From the IMG/VR virus record IMGVR_UViG_3300030294_000005, positions 1 through 64,000 of that record: a DNA stretch of 64,000 bases; one strand, written 5' to 3'. How positions within the stretch are numbered: position 1 is the stretch's first letter; the number at the start of each line of letters is the position of its first letter. The notes below the pieces were generated by a model. The model was given only the letters and a program-made list of their open reading frames with translations, did no database searches and was not told the DNA's origin. This document shows positions 49,296 through 58,218 of this stretch, in pieces. The translations under genes and the position numbers were made by a program.

Positions 49296-49790
49296 ATGGG
49301 TATATACAATGTAAATAAAATTATAACTGAATCTTATGACACTAATGCTGATATAAATAAAATTATAACAAGTTTATCTAGTAAGGAAAGAGACAATCTC
49401 CTTAAGCGTCCTGGATCTATAGAACAATCATATACAACTGTATATGAAAAAATAGAAAAGGTAGATAGGGTTGTTGCAGGTTATATTAGATTAAATAAAC
49501 CAGAGGAAGGTCCAATATATTGCTTAGAGTTTGCAATACGTTCAGAGTTTAGGCATCGTGGCTTAGCATATAACATGCTAAAAGAAGCATTAGAAAGCAA
49601 TTCTAAACAACGTTTTATAATATCTCATCCAGATAATGATAATATAGGTTCTCAGAAAGTAGTAGAGAAGGCTGGATTTAAATTACTAGAAAGACAAAAA
49701 TATGTATCTATTTATCTTTATGATAAAAAGTTTCCAAATCATACAGCAAAGCAAATCTATAGTAGTATAGAAGGTGAGACTAAAGACTGA
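49296..49790 (+). CDS. GNAT acetyltransferase, probably virion-packaged
   Basis: EFRHRGLA (motif A), NIGSQKVVEKAGF (motif B); starts MGIY...IITE|S. Confidence 0.8.
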   Translation: MGIYNVNKIITESYDTNADINKIITSLSSKERDNLLKRPGSIEQSYTTVYEKIEKVDRVVAGYIRLNKPEEGPIYCLEFAIRSEFRHRGLAYNMLKEALESNSKQRFIISHPDNDNIGSQKVVEKAGFKLLERQKYVSIYLYDKKFPNHTAKQIYSSIEGETKD

Positions 49791-49820
49791 TATTAATAAA
49801 TTATAAAGGGGTAAGGTTGT

Positions 49821-50003
49821 GTGGATAGAAATGATATAAAAATAGCAGATATTATTATAGGGGTAGGCGATGTTAAAGAAGTAGTATATCTAATAAAAAA
49901 TAATATCGTATATACTTGTGAAGGTAATAAATATAATATAGGCGATGTTATAAAAGTAAGATCTAATATAATCAAAAGTAAATTCGTTCCTATAATAGAC
50001 TAG
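49821..50003 (+). CDS. 60-aa hypothetical protein
   Basis: Paralogue of 47811. Confidence 0.65.
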   Translation: MDRNDIKIADIIIGVGDVKEVVYLIKNNIVYTCEGNKYNIGDVIKVRSNIIKSKFVPIID

Positions 50004-50097
50004 CTTAATTGCTAGTCTATTTTTTTTGTCAAATTATATAATAATTATATATTATATACATGAATAAAATATAATTTATAAATGGAGATGTATTAAA
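49995..50097 (+). repeat. Terminator-early promoter-RBS cassette
   Basis: Near-identical to 41781-41881. Confidence 0.75.
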
Positions 50098-50472
50098 ATG
50101 GAAAAAGAAACTGAAGTAAAGAAAATTAATTTTGTAGATAATATAAAAGATAAGGAACTTAATACAATTAATATTATAGCTTATATTGCTTTTAATACTA
50201 GTACTATAGAATTATTAAAGACAATAATAATTCCTGATTTAGAAGCTATAATATCGAGTTATAAGGCTGAATTAGGATATGATTATGAACATAATATCCA
50301 AATTGATGATATGTATTCATCAAATATATCTCTATCTCAAATATTTAAAATACAAGAGATGATATTTGGATCTAATTTATCATATGATGATAAACTTATA
50401 TATTATGCAACTATGTATAATATAGCTTGTAAATTATTAAATAAATTAAGTAAGCAAAAAATATTTAGTTAG
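50098..50472 (+). CDS. Hypothetical protein
   Basis: Cassette promoter and RBS. Confidence 0.6.
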   Translation: MEKETEVKKINFVDNIKDKELNTINIIAYIAFNTSTIELLKTIIIPDLEAIISSYKAELGYDYEHNIQIDDMYSSNISLSQIFKIQEMIFGSNLSYDDKLIYYATMYNIACKLLNKLSKQKIFS

Positions 50473-50566
50473 ATATAGTGTTAAGACTAGAGATTAATCT
50501 CTCTAGTTTTATTTTTTATTTAGTATTTAACTTATTAATAAAATATAAGTTTAGGGGTGTTGGGAT

Positions 50567-51613
50567 ATGAAAAATATATATTATGATTACCAGACTAATA
50601 ACAAAACTTTTTTAGATATGTATTCGCATCTAAAAAAATTAGGAATAACTAACAATAATTTCTTTCTTATTATTCTTAATAAAGATTTAGTAGGAGTAGA
50701 TCCTTTTAATGAAAATCTTTCTACTTCACAAAAAATTGAAATTATAGAAGAATGTAGGTTAAACTATTGGTATTTCTTAAGAGAAGTTATAAGATTTAAT
50801 TATTCGTCTTCTATTGATATTAAGCCATATATTTTAAATAGTGCAAATTTAGCATTTAATTTCTGTGTAGATATGAATATGAATATATTTTATGAATCTC
50901 CTTCTGTAGAAACTGGTAAAACAACATCAGTAATAGCACGTTTATTATGGGAATATATGTTTGCGTTAAATAGCAAATGTACTATGAGTAATAGTACGTT
51001 TAACAATGTAAAATTAAGTTTGGAATATATTAAAAAATATAAATCAATGCTTCCAATATATATACGTGATTCAGATAATATAGATATAGCTACAAGTAGA
51101 TTTGTTATAAATAAATTAAATGCAAATTGTATTAAAGTAATACCTGTTGCTAGTAGCGAAACTTCTGCAAGTAATTTAGGTAGAGGTGTATTTGGAAGAG
51201 TATTCTTAGATGAGTTTGCATTTACTCCATTTAATAAATTATTATATAAAGCAATGTGTCCATATATAGCAGAATTTAGATTGCGTGATACTAATAATAG
51301 ACATAATTATACTCCTAGTGGTATTATAATTGCTACAATGCCAGCCGATATAGCTGATGATACTGCATTATTTGCATATCAATTAGAACAAGAAGCTGTT
51401 AAATTTGATGAGTCTTGGTATGATATTAGTTATGAAAATTTACAACAATTGATTGAAAAAAACACATTAGAAATATCATTCGTACTTATAAGATTTAATT
51501 ATAAAGATTTAGGTTTAGATAAGGAATGGTTCGAATCTAGATGTAAAGATTTCAATAATGATTATAAATCTATACAAAGAGAGACTCTTCTAAACTGGGA
51601 TAATTGTAACTAA
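50567..51613 (+). CDS. Terminase large subunit paralogue, ATPase part only
   Basis: YYDYQT.N.TFL, NYWYFLREV, ETGKT (Walker A), VFLDEFAF (Walker B); ends at 348 aa with no nuclease domain. Confidence 0.65.
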   Translation: MKNIYYDYQTNNKTFLDMYSHLKKLGITNNNFFLIILNKDLVGVDPFNENLSTSQKIEIIEECRLNYWYFLREVIRFNYSSSIDIKPYILNSANLAFNFCVDMNMNIFYESPSVETGKTTSVIARLLWEYMFALNSKCTMSNSTFNNVKLSLEYIKKYKSMLPIYIRDSDNIDIATSRFVINKLNANCIKVIPVASSETSASNLGRGVFGRVFLDEFAFTPFNKLLYKAMCPYIAEFRLRDTNNRHNYTPSGIIIATMPADIADDTALFAYQLEQEAVKFDESWYDISYENLQQLIEKNTLEISFVLIRFNYKDLGLDKEWFESRCKDFNNDYKSIQRETLLNWDNCN

Positions 51614-51752
51614 TTTTTATAACACTCAAAACTAGAGATTTAAGGTCTCTAGTTCTATTTTTTACATAACATAAAAATAATCTGAATAATGTGATGTATT
51701 CGGATTTGTTATTATAATACCTTGACTGGTGTTCAGCTATCCCCCTCTTAAT

Positions 51753-51777
51753 CAAGAGAACCTTATGGGTTCTCTTG
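51753..51777. terminator. Stem-loop, terminator-like
   Basis: CAAGAGAACC-ttatg-GGTTCTCTTG. Confidence 0.55.
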
Positions 51778-51778
51778 G

Positions 51779-51839
51779 TTTTGTTTATTGTATATTTACA
51801 AAATTATAATGATATATTATAAATATACAATAAACAAAA
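51779..51839. repeat. Perfect 20-bp inverted repeat with 21-nt spacer
   Basis: TTTTGTTTATTGTATATTTA ... TAAATATACAATAAACAAAA. Confidence 0.85.
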
Positions 51840-51864
51840 TATATAATAAAAAAGGAGGATTGTT

Positions 51865-52251
51865 GTGGGAGTAAAGTTTGGATATTTAATAAAACCAGAC
51901 AAAATAAAAACATCAGCTATATATATTCATACACCAGAGTGCTACGAAACTAATTTAATAATTTCTAAAGAAACTACATCTGAGGAAATAGAAGGCTATG
52001 TACTCTATAATACTACAAAAGATAATAAGGATTTATGTTTCACACCTGAATTAGACAATGGAATGTCTGAATCTGATTGTGATAATATAATCGTAATAAT
52101 AGATATGATATGTCAGAATGAACAAAGCATTAGTAAATTTATTTCATTGGAGGAGATTAATAAAATAAAGAAAGAAAAGTATGAATTATCAATTATAAAA
52201 CAAGCTAAGAAGAATGTAAATATTATAATGGAGGAGCATAGATTAATATGA
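51865..52251 (+). CDS. Hypothetical protein
   Basis: AGGAGG RBS, GTG start. Confidence 0.55.
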   Translation: MGVKFGYLIKPDKIKTSAIYIHTPECYETNLIISKETTSEEIEGYVLYNTTKDNKDLCFTPELDNGMSESDCDNIIVIIDMICQNEQSISKFISLEEINKIKKEKYELSIIKQAKKNVNIIMEEHRLI

Positions 52252-52625
52252 AAAGAAAATTTGCAAGAATAAGAATTTGTAAAAGAGGAATGACAGAAAA
52301 ACATCCTAATCAGCATATAGATGGAGATTTAATGTGCACTAATAAAATTTATAATGAAGCTATAACTTTTGTTGTTAATTGGAAACCTGATAAAGAAATT
52401 AAACAGTTTGTTGATCTATACTGCCCTGATTATATAAACAAAATAATAAATAACAATATAGAGGTCAGCATCTATTATCCAATTGATATCACAGATCTTA
52501 TAATTTATCTAGAGTCCGAATCTATATTAAAACTAGATAGTGTTAGCAAAAGAAATATAATAAAAAACAAAGATATAAAAAAATTATCATTAATGTATAG
52601 GAGGGATAAAAATGTTATCGGTTAA
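52248..52625 (+). CDS. Hypothetical protein
   Basis: GGAGG RBS. Confidence 0.55.
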   Translation: MKRKFARIRICKRGMTEKHPNQHIDGDLMCTNKIYNEAITFVVNWKPDKEIKQFVDLYCPDYINKIINNNIEVSIYYPIDITDLIIYLESESILKLDSVSKRNIIKNKDIKKLSLMYRRDKNVIG

Positions 52626-52830
52626 AGATCTAGCACTCATAAAATATTTTAATAAAGCAATATTGAGTTTAAGATATGGTAAAAAAATAGAGTATCAATT
52701 AATTGATACTGAAGAACTTGTTAAAGAGCATATAATCAGTATTCATAAATTAGATGATGAGCATTTTATCGTAAAGCTCATTTATAAATTATCAATAGAT
52801 GATGTGTGTAGTATAAATAAATCAGCTTAG
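52612..52830 (+). CDS. Hypothetical protein
   Basis: GGAGG RBS; stop lies within a terminator stem. Confidence 0.55.
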   Translation: MLSVKDLALIKYFNKAILSLRYGKKIEYQLIDTEELVKEHIISIHKLDDEHFIVKLIYKLSIDDVCSINKSA

Positions 52831-52894
52831 TTGCTGATTTATTTTTTAATACTAATCTAATAATATAACTTTATTATAATTATATATTATAGTA

Positions 52895-53419
52895 TTGGAT
52901 GAAAAAAATAAGGGGGAATTAAATATTATGATAATAAAAAAATTATCAGGACATACTAATTATAATCATAATAATATACAAGAATCATGCTTAGATTGTG
53001 AAGAATGTAGACATGAAAATTGTAAATGGTGTAAAGAAGAATTTTATATTCAAGACAAAAAATTTAATAGTTTTAAAGACGCTACAGATTTTGAAAATGA
53101 ATTAATAAAATTAATACCATTTAATAAAGAAGGATACTTACCTATAGGAGATAATTATTTCTTTATTAAAGATAAGACATTATTTATCCACCTATTTTTG
53201 GAAAATAAATCTATAGATGCCAGATGTAGTAAAAAGTCATCTTTATATGCTGAAAAGTTTGTAATGGTAACTAACAGACAATTGCTTTATAGTAAATGTA
53301 CATGTAAAGATAAAAATTATGATGATGGGAATTCTTGTCATAGATATGGTTGTAATAATAATATTTGTTATGATAAAATGAGTATTAGTGAAACTGCTGG
53401 AAAACAATGGATTATATAA
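52895..53419 (+). CDS. Cys-rich hypothetical protein
   Basis: CLDC..C....CKWC and C-terminal Cys cluster. Confidence 0.55.
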   Translation: MDEKNKGELNIMIIKKLSGHTNYNHNNIQESCLDCEECRHENCKWCKEEFYIQDKKFNSFKDATDFENELIKLIPFNKEGYLPIGDNYFFIKDKTLFIHLFLENKSIDARCSKKSSLYAEKFVMVTNRQLLYSKCTCKDKNYDDGNSCHRYGCNNNICYDKMSISETAGKQWII

Positions 53420-53482
53420 ATGTATTTATATTAAAACTAGAGATTCTATTCTCTAGTTTTATTTTTTGTTGAATATTAGGTA

Positions 53483-53494
53483 AACATAAGGATA
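53483..53494 (+). promoter_or_regulatory. Late promoter AACA-N6-TA
   Basis: AACA-TAAGGA-TA. Confidence 0.6.
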
Positions 53495-53509
53495 ATATTA
53501 TATAAGGAG

Positions 53510-56500
53510 ATGATTTATATGGGAGTTTATGATGCAACTAAATTTCATGAAATAAAAACGAATGAAAGAGAAATAGAAAAGTATAAAGTTCAATATCCTA
53601 AATTATCACATGTAAGATGTGATAAAGAAAATGAAGGAATAATACTAGATAATAATGGAGCATTTGTAGCAATTATTCAATGGGATAACAAGTCTAAATA
53701 TATAGTAGCTTTAGAAGTTGCTCCAGAGTATCGTAAAAATGGAATTGGTAAATACTTATTAAAAAAAGCCTATTCTAAAGGTATAAATAAATTATCAGTA
53801 AATAAGAGTAATACATCTGCTATAAAGTTATATATTAAGAGTGGATATAAAGAAGAAAAAACCGATAAGACTATGATATATATGATTAAAGAATCCACTA
53901 TAAATGAAAACTATTTTTTTAGTGGCGATGATATAGTATTAAATATAGAAAAATGGAAAGCAGATTCACCGAATAATATACTATATGTAACTGGATTAAG
54001 TGGTAGTGGAAAGACTACACTAGCAGCAGAATATGAAAAAAAGTATAATGCTGAAATGTTTGAAATAGATGGTTTGGAATATAGTTATGACGCATCTAAA
54101 AGTAAATTATTACAAAAAGCAAAAGATAAATATCCAGAATATGCTGAAGCATTAAAAAATGACTGGAAAGATTTAAAAGGAAATCCAGGAGTAGATTTAT
54201 TAATAAGAGTTTTATTATATGTAATTAAAGAAATGAAGGATTCTGGAAAATTATATATATTAGATGGGGTACAAATATTTCAATGGTTAGATCCTGATAC
54301 TTTAAAAAGTCAACCATTAATTATTAAAGGAACATCTATGACTAAAAGTATATATCAAAGATTTAAAAGAAATGGTGGAGATAAAATAGATTGGATTGCT
54401 GAACTACGTAATAAATTTCCACAATTGTTTAAAAGATATCTAAAAGATGAAAAGGAAGTTAGTACATTTAAAAAATCAATAAAAGAATCATATAATATAG
54501 GAGATCAATTTAGTTGGGAAACTTTTGGTGGAAACAAATATTCTGGAATAATCTCAGAAATAGATAGCAATGTTTTAATTGTTAAATTAAAAGATGGAAC
54601 ACAGAAAGCTGTTGAGATGAGAGAATCTTCTACTGCTGATACAGATGATATTAATGATTGGGAAAAGAATACTAATTCAGAATTGATTGGTGATGATTCA
54701 AACAATCTATCAGAGTTAGAGAAGGAAAAGAATAATTATGATATGCTTATTTATAAACAAAAAAGAGTAGCAGATTGGAAGAGTGAAGAATTATTTGGTA
54801 AAGATAATACTGAAAGATATGATGAATTAAAAGATAAATATTTAAAAACTATTGATAATTTTGATGATGTATATAATACTCCACAAATAAATACCGAAGC
54901 ATCTATATCATCAGCAGATGGATTTGAAATAGACGATTCTAAAGATAATGAATATACTAAATTAAGCGATGATCCAAATAATGAAGTTCCAGGATATGAT
55001 TCAGCTACTTTAAAACAAGCTATAATGTGGTGCAATAATACAATGGTAAGTATGATATTACCAGTTGGATCTTTAAAAGAATTAGAAGATTCTTATGTTA
55101 AATGGAGATCAATGACTAGAAAGCATCAAAGAGATAGTGATAATAAAAGTATAGAATTATTTGGAATGAATAATTTAGAACATTTTGATTATTTAAAATC
55201 AAAATTTATTGGTACTCAAAGTAGTGGAGATAAATCATATGATACTACATCAGTACTAGATGTGTCTGGTAAAGCAATAGAAATAGATCAGATACGAGAT
55301 GATTTAACTGCAAATGGCAATACGAATGGAAATGCAAATGGAGACATGCATGAATCATCTATGTTGGATTATGGTATATCATTATTAAGAATAAATAATA
55401 TTATAACAGAAGATATCTGTTCTAATATAGTAAAAGAAAATGCTATAAAAGATATAAAAAATAAACTTAATAACGCATATGATAAATCATATGATTCACT
55501 TCCAACACAATTACCATACTTTTCATTTAATGAAATACAATCTAGAATAGACACCTCTAACCCATACAAATATGCTGGTCTTAGTAAAGATATAAGTTTA
55601 AAAACATGGTTAGAGAGTTATTCCTTGATATGTAGTGGGATACTCGATTCTAGAATGAAAGAGTATACTCCATTATGGATAACTAAACTAGATAGTCTAT
55701 ATAGAGATTTATATAAAGCAACGGATGATACAAAGATACATCAATTAAAAGAAAATATATTATTATTAGGATGGAATCCAGAAGTTAATTTTACTTATGA
55801 AAATAGAATTAAGGCTACTGATAGATGCATGTCTATCATATCAGAGTATTATAAAGATAATTCTATAAATTTATCTCCATTAATTAATAATATAAATTTA
55901 AATAATAATGTAATAACTGAGCAAAATAAAAAAGATGAATTATATCCAATATATATATTATTATCATATACTAGTACTATTGCAGGAAAGGTAATATCAA
56001 GAGTTACAGATAGTATATATTCTCATGCTTGTTTAAGTCTTGATTCATCACTTCAAAAACTATATAGTTTTAATGCAAACGTGCATGGGTTCTCACTAGA
56101 ATCTATAACTGAGTATCTGAAGTATAATAAGAATAGTATAATACAACTCAGTTGTGTATTTGTTAAAGCTCCAGACTTATCTATTATAGAATCTGGATTA
56201 AATGATTTATTATTGAATATAAGAAATACATCATATAGCTTTTTAAATATACTTGGAATAATGTTAGACAAATCTATACAGCTAAATAATTCTATGATAT
56301 GTTCTCAATTTGTAGATTATATGTTTAAATCAATAAATGTAGATATAACTAATAAACCAAGTGGATTAGTAATGCCTAAAGATTTTCAAGTGTTAAAGAA
56401 TAATAAAGTATATAAATTATATGAAGGAAAGATAGCTGACTATAATAGTCAGAAGATTAATTCAATGATGAATGTACTAATAAAGAAAGCTATATATATA

Positions 56501-57097
56501 AAAGAGAGTTTAAATATAATAAATGAGTCACAATTTATAGACACACTATCAAAGAACTCCAATGACATTAATATTATAGCATACTTGAATCAATCACATG
56601 ATATACTGGAAGCTAGTAATCAATTAATATATAATGATTATATAGATCCATATATAAATATATCTTGCATGACTGAATCAAAAGAATTTCCAGTTCAATT
56701 TGATAAAGATGGTAATCTTCTAATTAGAAATAAGAAAAATATAGATTTTGAAGTTGAATACTCTAAAGCACATAAGCTATTAAAGATATATGATAGCACT
56801 GATAATACAGAAGGTATGAAATATGAACTATCTAAACTATGGTTTCTAAATTTATTACTAGAAGATATGATCTATACTCAAAAGAATAAAGATCCAGAAT
56901 ATTTAAAAGTAAGAGCAAGATCTTTAAATGATTTTAATAAGTATATTATTGTAGTGTCTAAACAAGATAAAGATTTTAATTTTACTGAGTACTATAATAA
57001 TACTCCATTTAGTGATGAGACAACAAAGATAAATAGTAGCACATTAAAATATACTGGAGAAATACTAGAAAAGATATTAAAACATTTAATCCATTAA
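53510..57097 (+). CDS. Multi-domain virion polyprotein: GNAT, P-loop kinase, small beta-barrel, permuted NlpC/P60 and conserved domains (likely start 53519)
   Basis: EYRKNGIG/NTSAIKLY; YVTGLSGSGKTT; YSHACLSLD...MICSQFV; domains separated by xxE|S-type sites. Confidence 0.75.
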   Translation: MIYMGVYDATKFHEIKTNEREIEKYKVQYPKLSHVRCDKENEGIILDNNGAFVAIIQWDNKSKYIVALEVAPEYRKNGIGKYLLKKAYSKGINKLSVNKSNTSAIKLYIKSGYKEEKTDKTMIYMIKESTINENYFFSGDDIVLNIEKWKADSPNNILYVTGLSGSGKTTLAAEYEKKYNAEMFEIDGLEYSYDASKSKLLQKAKDKYPEYAEALKNDWKDLKGNPGVDLLIRVLLYVIKEMKDSGKLYILDGVQIFQWLDPDTLKSQPLIIKGTSMTKSIYQRFKRNGGDKIDWIAELRNKFPQLFKRYLKDEKEVSTFKKSIKESYNIGDQFSWETFGGNKYSGIISEIDSNVLIVKLKDGTQKAVEMRESSTADTDDINDWEKNTNSELIGDDSNNLSELEKEKNNYDMLIYKQKRVADWKSEELFGKDNTERYDELKDKYLKTIDNFDDVYNTPQINTEASISSADGFEIDDSKDNEYTKLSDDPNNEVPGYDSATLKQAIMWCNNTMVSMILPVGSLKELEDSYVKWRSMTRKHQRDSDNKSIELFGMNNLEHFDYLKSKFIGTQSSGDKSYDTTSVLDVSGKAIEIDQIRDDLTANGNTNGNANGDMHESSMLDYGISLLRINNIITEDICSNIVKENAIKDIKNKLNNAYDKSYDSLPTQLPYFSFNEIQSRIDTSNPYKYAGLSKDISLKTWLESYSLICSGILDSRMKEYTPLWITKLDSLYRDLYKATDDTKIHQLKENILLLGWNPEVNFTYENRIKATDRCMSIISEYYKDNSINLSPLINNINLNNNVITEQNKKDELYPIYILLSYTSTIAGKVISRVTDSIYSHACLSLDSSLQKLYSFNANVHGFSLESITEYLKYNKNSIIQLSCVFVKAPDLSIIESGLNDLLLNIRNTSYSFLNILGIMLDKSIQLNNSMICSQFVDYMFKSINVDITNKPSGLVMPKDFQVLKNNKVYKLYEGKIADYNSQKINSMMNVLIKKAIYIKESLNIINESQFIDTLSKNSNDINIIAYLNQSHDILEASNQLIYNDYIDPYINISCMTESKEFPVQFDKDGNLLIRNKKNIDFEVEYSKAHKLLKIYDSTDNTEGMKYELSKLWFLNLLLEDMIYTQKNKDPEYLKVRARSLNDFNKYIIVVSKQDKDFNFTEYYNNTPFSDETTKINSSTLKYTGEILEKILKHLIH

Positions 57098-57148
57098 GTA
57101 CTGTAGTAGGGGTAACTCCCTACTATAATATTTTTTTACAATATAATC

Positions 57149-57160
57149 AACAAGTTAATA
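57149..57160 (+). promoter_or_regulatory. Late promoter AACA-N6-TA (dcd)
   Basis: AACA-AGTTAA-TA. Confidence 0.55.
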
Positions 57161-57189
57161 ATATAATAGATATGGGGGTTGAATAATAA

Positions 57190-57711
57190 ATGATATTAAC
57201 AGGAATGCAAATTAAAAAAGAAATAGAGGCTGGTAATATATTTATATCAGACTTTGATGAAAAAAGATTAGGTCCTAATTCATACAATTTAAGATTATAT
57301 AATAAGCTAATGATATATGCAAATGACGTATTAGATATGAAAAGAAAAAATAACTGTATAGAACTAACAATACCAAAAGAAGGACTTATATTAGAACCTG
57401 GAGAATTATATCTAGGTAAGACAATAGAATATACTGAATGTGGTAATTTTGTTCCAATGATTGAAGGCAGATCTAGTGTAGCTAGATTGGGTCTTAAGGT
57501 CCATTTAACTGCAGGATTCGGCGATATAGGAAATAAACTTTCATGGACATTAGAGTTAGAAGCTACTAAACGTATTAGAATATATCCTGATGTAGAGGTA
57601 TGTCAGATATATTATAATACAGTTATGGGAGATACCTCAATACGATATGATGGTAAGTATCAAAATGGTAAAGAAATAGAACCTAGTAAACTATATAAAG
57701 ATTTTGAATAA
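57190..57711 (+). CDS. dcd: dCTP deaminase
   Basis: MILT...I, PNSYNLRL, EGRSSVARLG, AGFGD.G and WTLEL motifs of the trimeric dCTP deaminase family. Confidence 0.9.
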   Translation: MILTGMQIKKEIEAGNIFISDFDEKRLGPNSYNLRLYNKLMIYANDVLDMKRKNNCIELTIPKEGLILEPGELYLGKTIEYTECGNFVPMIEGRSSVARLGLKVHLTAGFGDIGNKLSWTLELEATKRIRIYPDVEVCQIYYNTVMGDTSIRYDGKYQNGKEIEPSKLYKDFE

Positions 57712-57766
57712 AAGAGTAGGAGAAATCCTACTCTTTATTTTTTTATAATCATATAAACTTATAAAT

Positions 57767-57790
57767 AATCATATATTATAATAATGAATA
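57767..57790 (+). promoter_or_regulatory. Early promoter
   Basis: AATCATATATTATAATAATGAATA. Confidence 0.6.
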
Positions 57791-57809
57791 AAAATTAAGG
57801 AGTGATATA

Positions 57810-58217
57810 ATGACTGAATTTATTTATAAAAATGGAGAAGATAATGCAACAAATTTTTTCATATCAAAACAATTAGAAAAATATAAAGTTAAAACTATAT
57901 TAGAATTATACAAAACTCTATCTAAAGAAATTATTAATACATCTTCTTTTATTAAGTCTGATGATGAAAAAAGATTTATTCTTTTAAGTACATTTAAATT
58001 AGTATTTAATGAATATAATAGATTAGAATCGTATAAGTGTATTAATTATTCAAATATTATTTCAAAAGAAGAATTTAAAAATACAATGATTAAAATTAAT
58101 AATATTGATAGTATTAAGATTAGATGTAAAGAAGCAGATAATTTGATGATAAAAACATTATCTAGTCTAGGGTATGATGAAGGAATAAATATATATAAAA
58201 ATAGAGAGGGTATTTAA
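57810..58217 (+). CDS. Hypothetical protein
   Basis: AAGGAG RBS. Confidence 0.6.
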   Translation: MTEFIYKNGEDNATNFFISKQLEKYKVKTILELYKTLSKEIINTSSFIKSDDEKRFILLSTFKLVFNEYNRLESYKCINYSNIISKEEFKNTMIKINNIDSIKIRCKEADNLMIKTLSSLGYDEGINIYKNREGI

Positions 58218-58218
58218 A

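Noticed and set aside
41269-50097. CRISPR array or DGR explanation for the repeats
   Set aside because: Repeats are spaced by whole genes, not 30-40 nt spacers; no cas or reverse transcriptase gene; no adenine-specific TR/VR pair seen.
1391-56271. Many short opposite-strand or alternate-frame ORFs in the track (e.g. 1391-1630, 2687-2875, 3450-3632, 14425-14751, 21126-21596, 33095-33343, 41373-41702, 54505-55035)
   Set aside because: They overlap well-supported genes, lack an RBS, and have compositions expected of shadow frames in AT-rich DNA.
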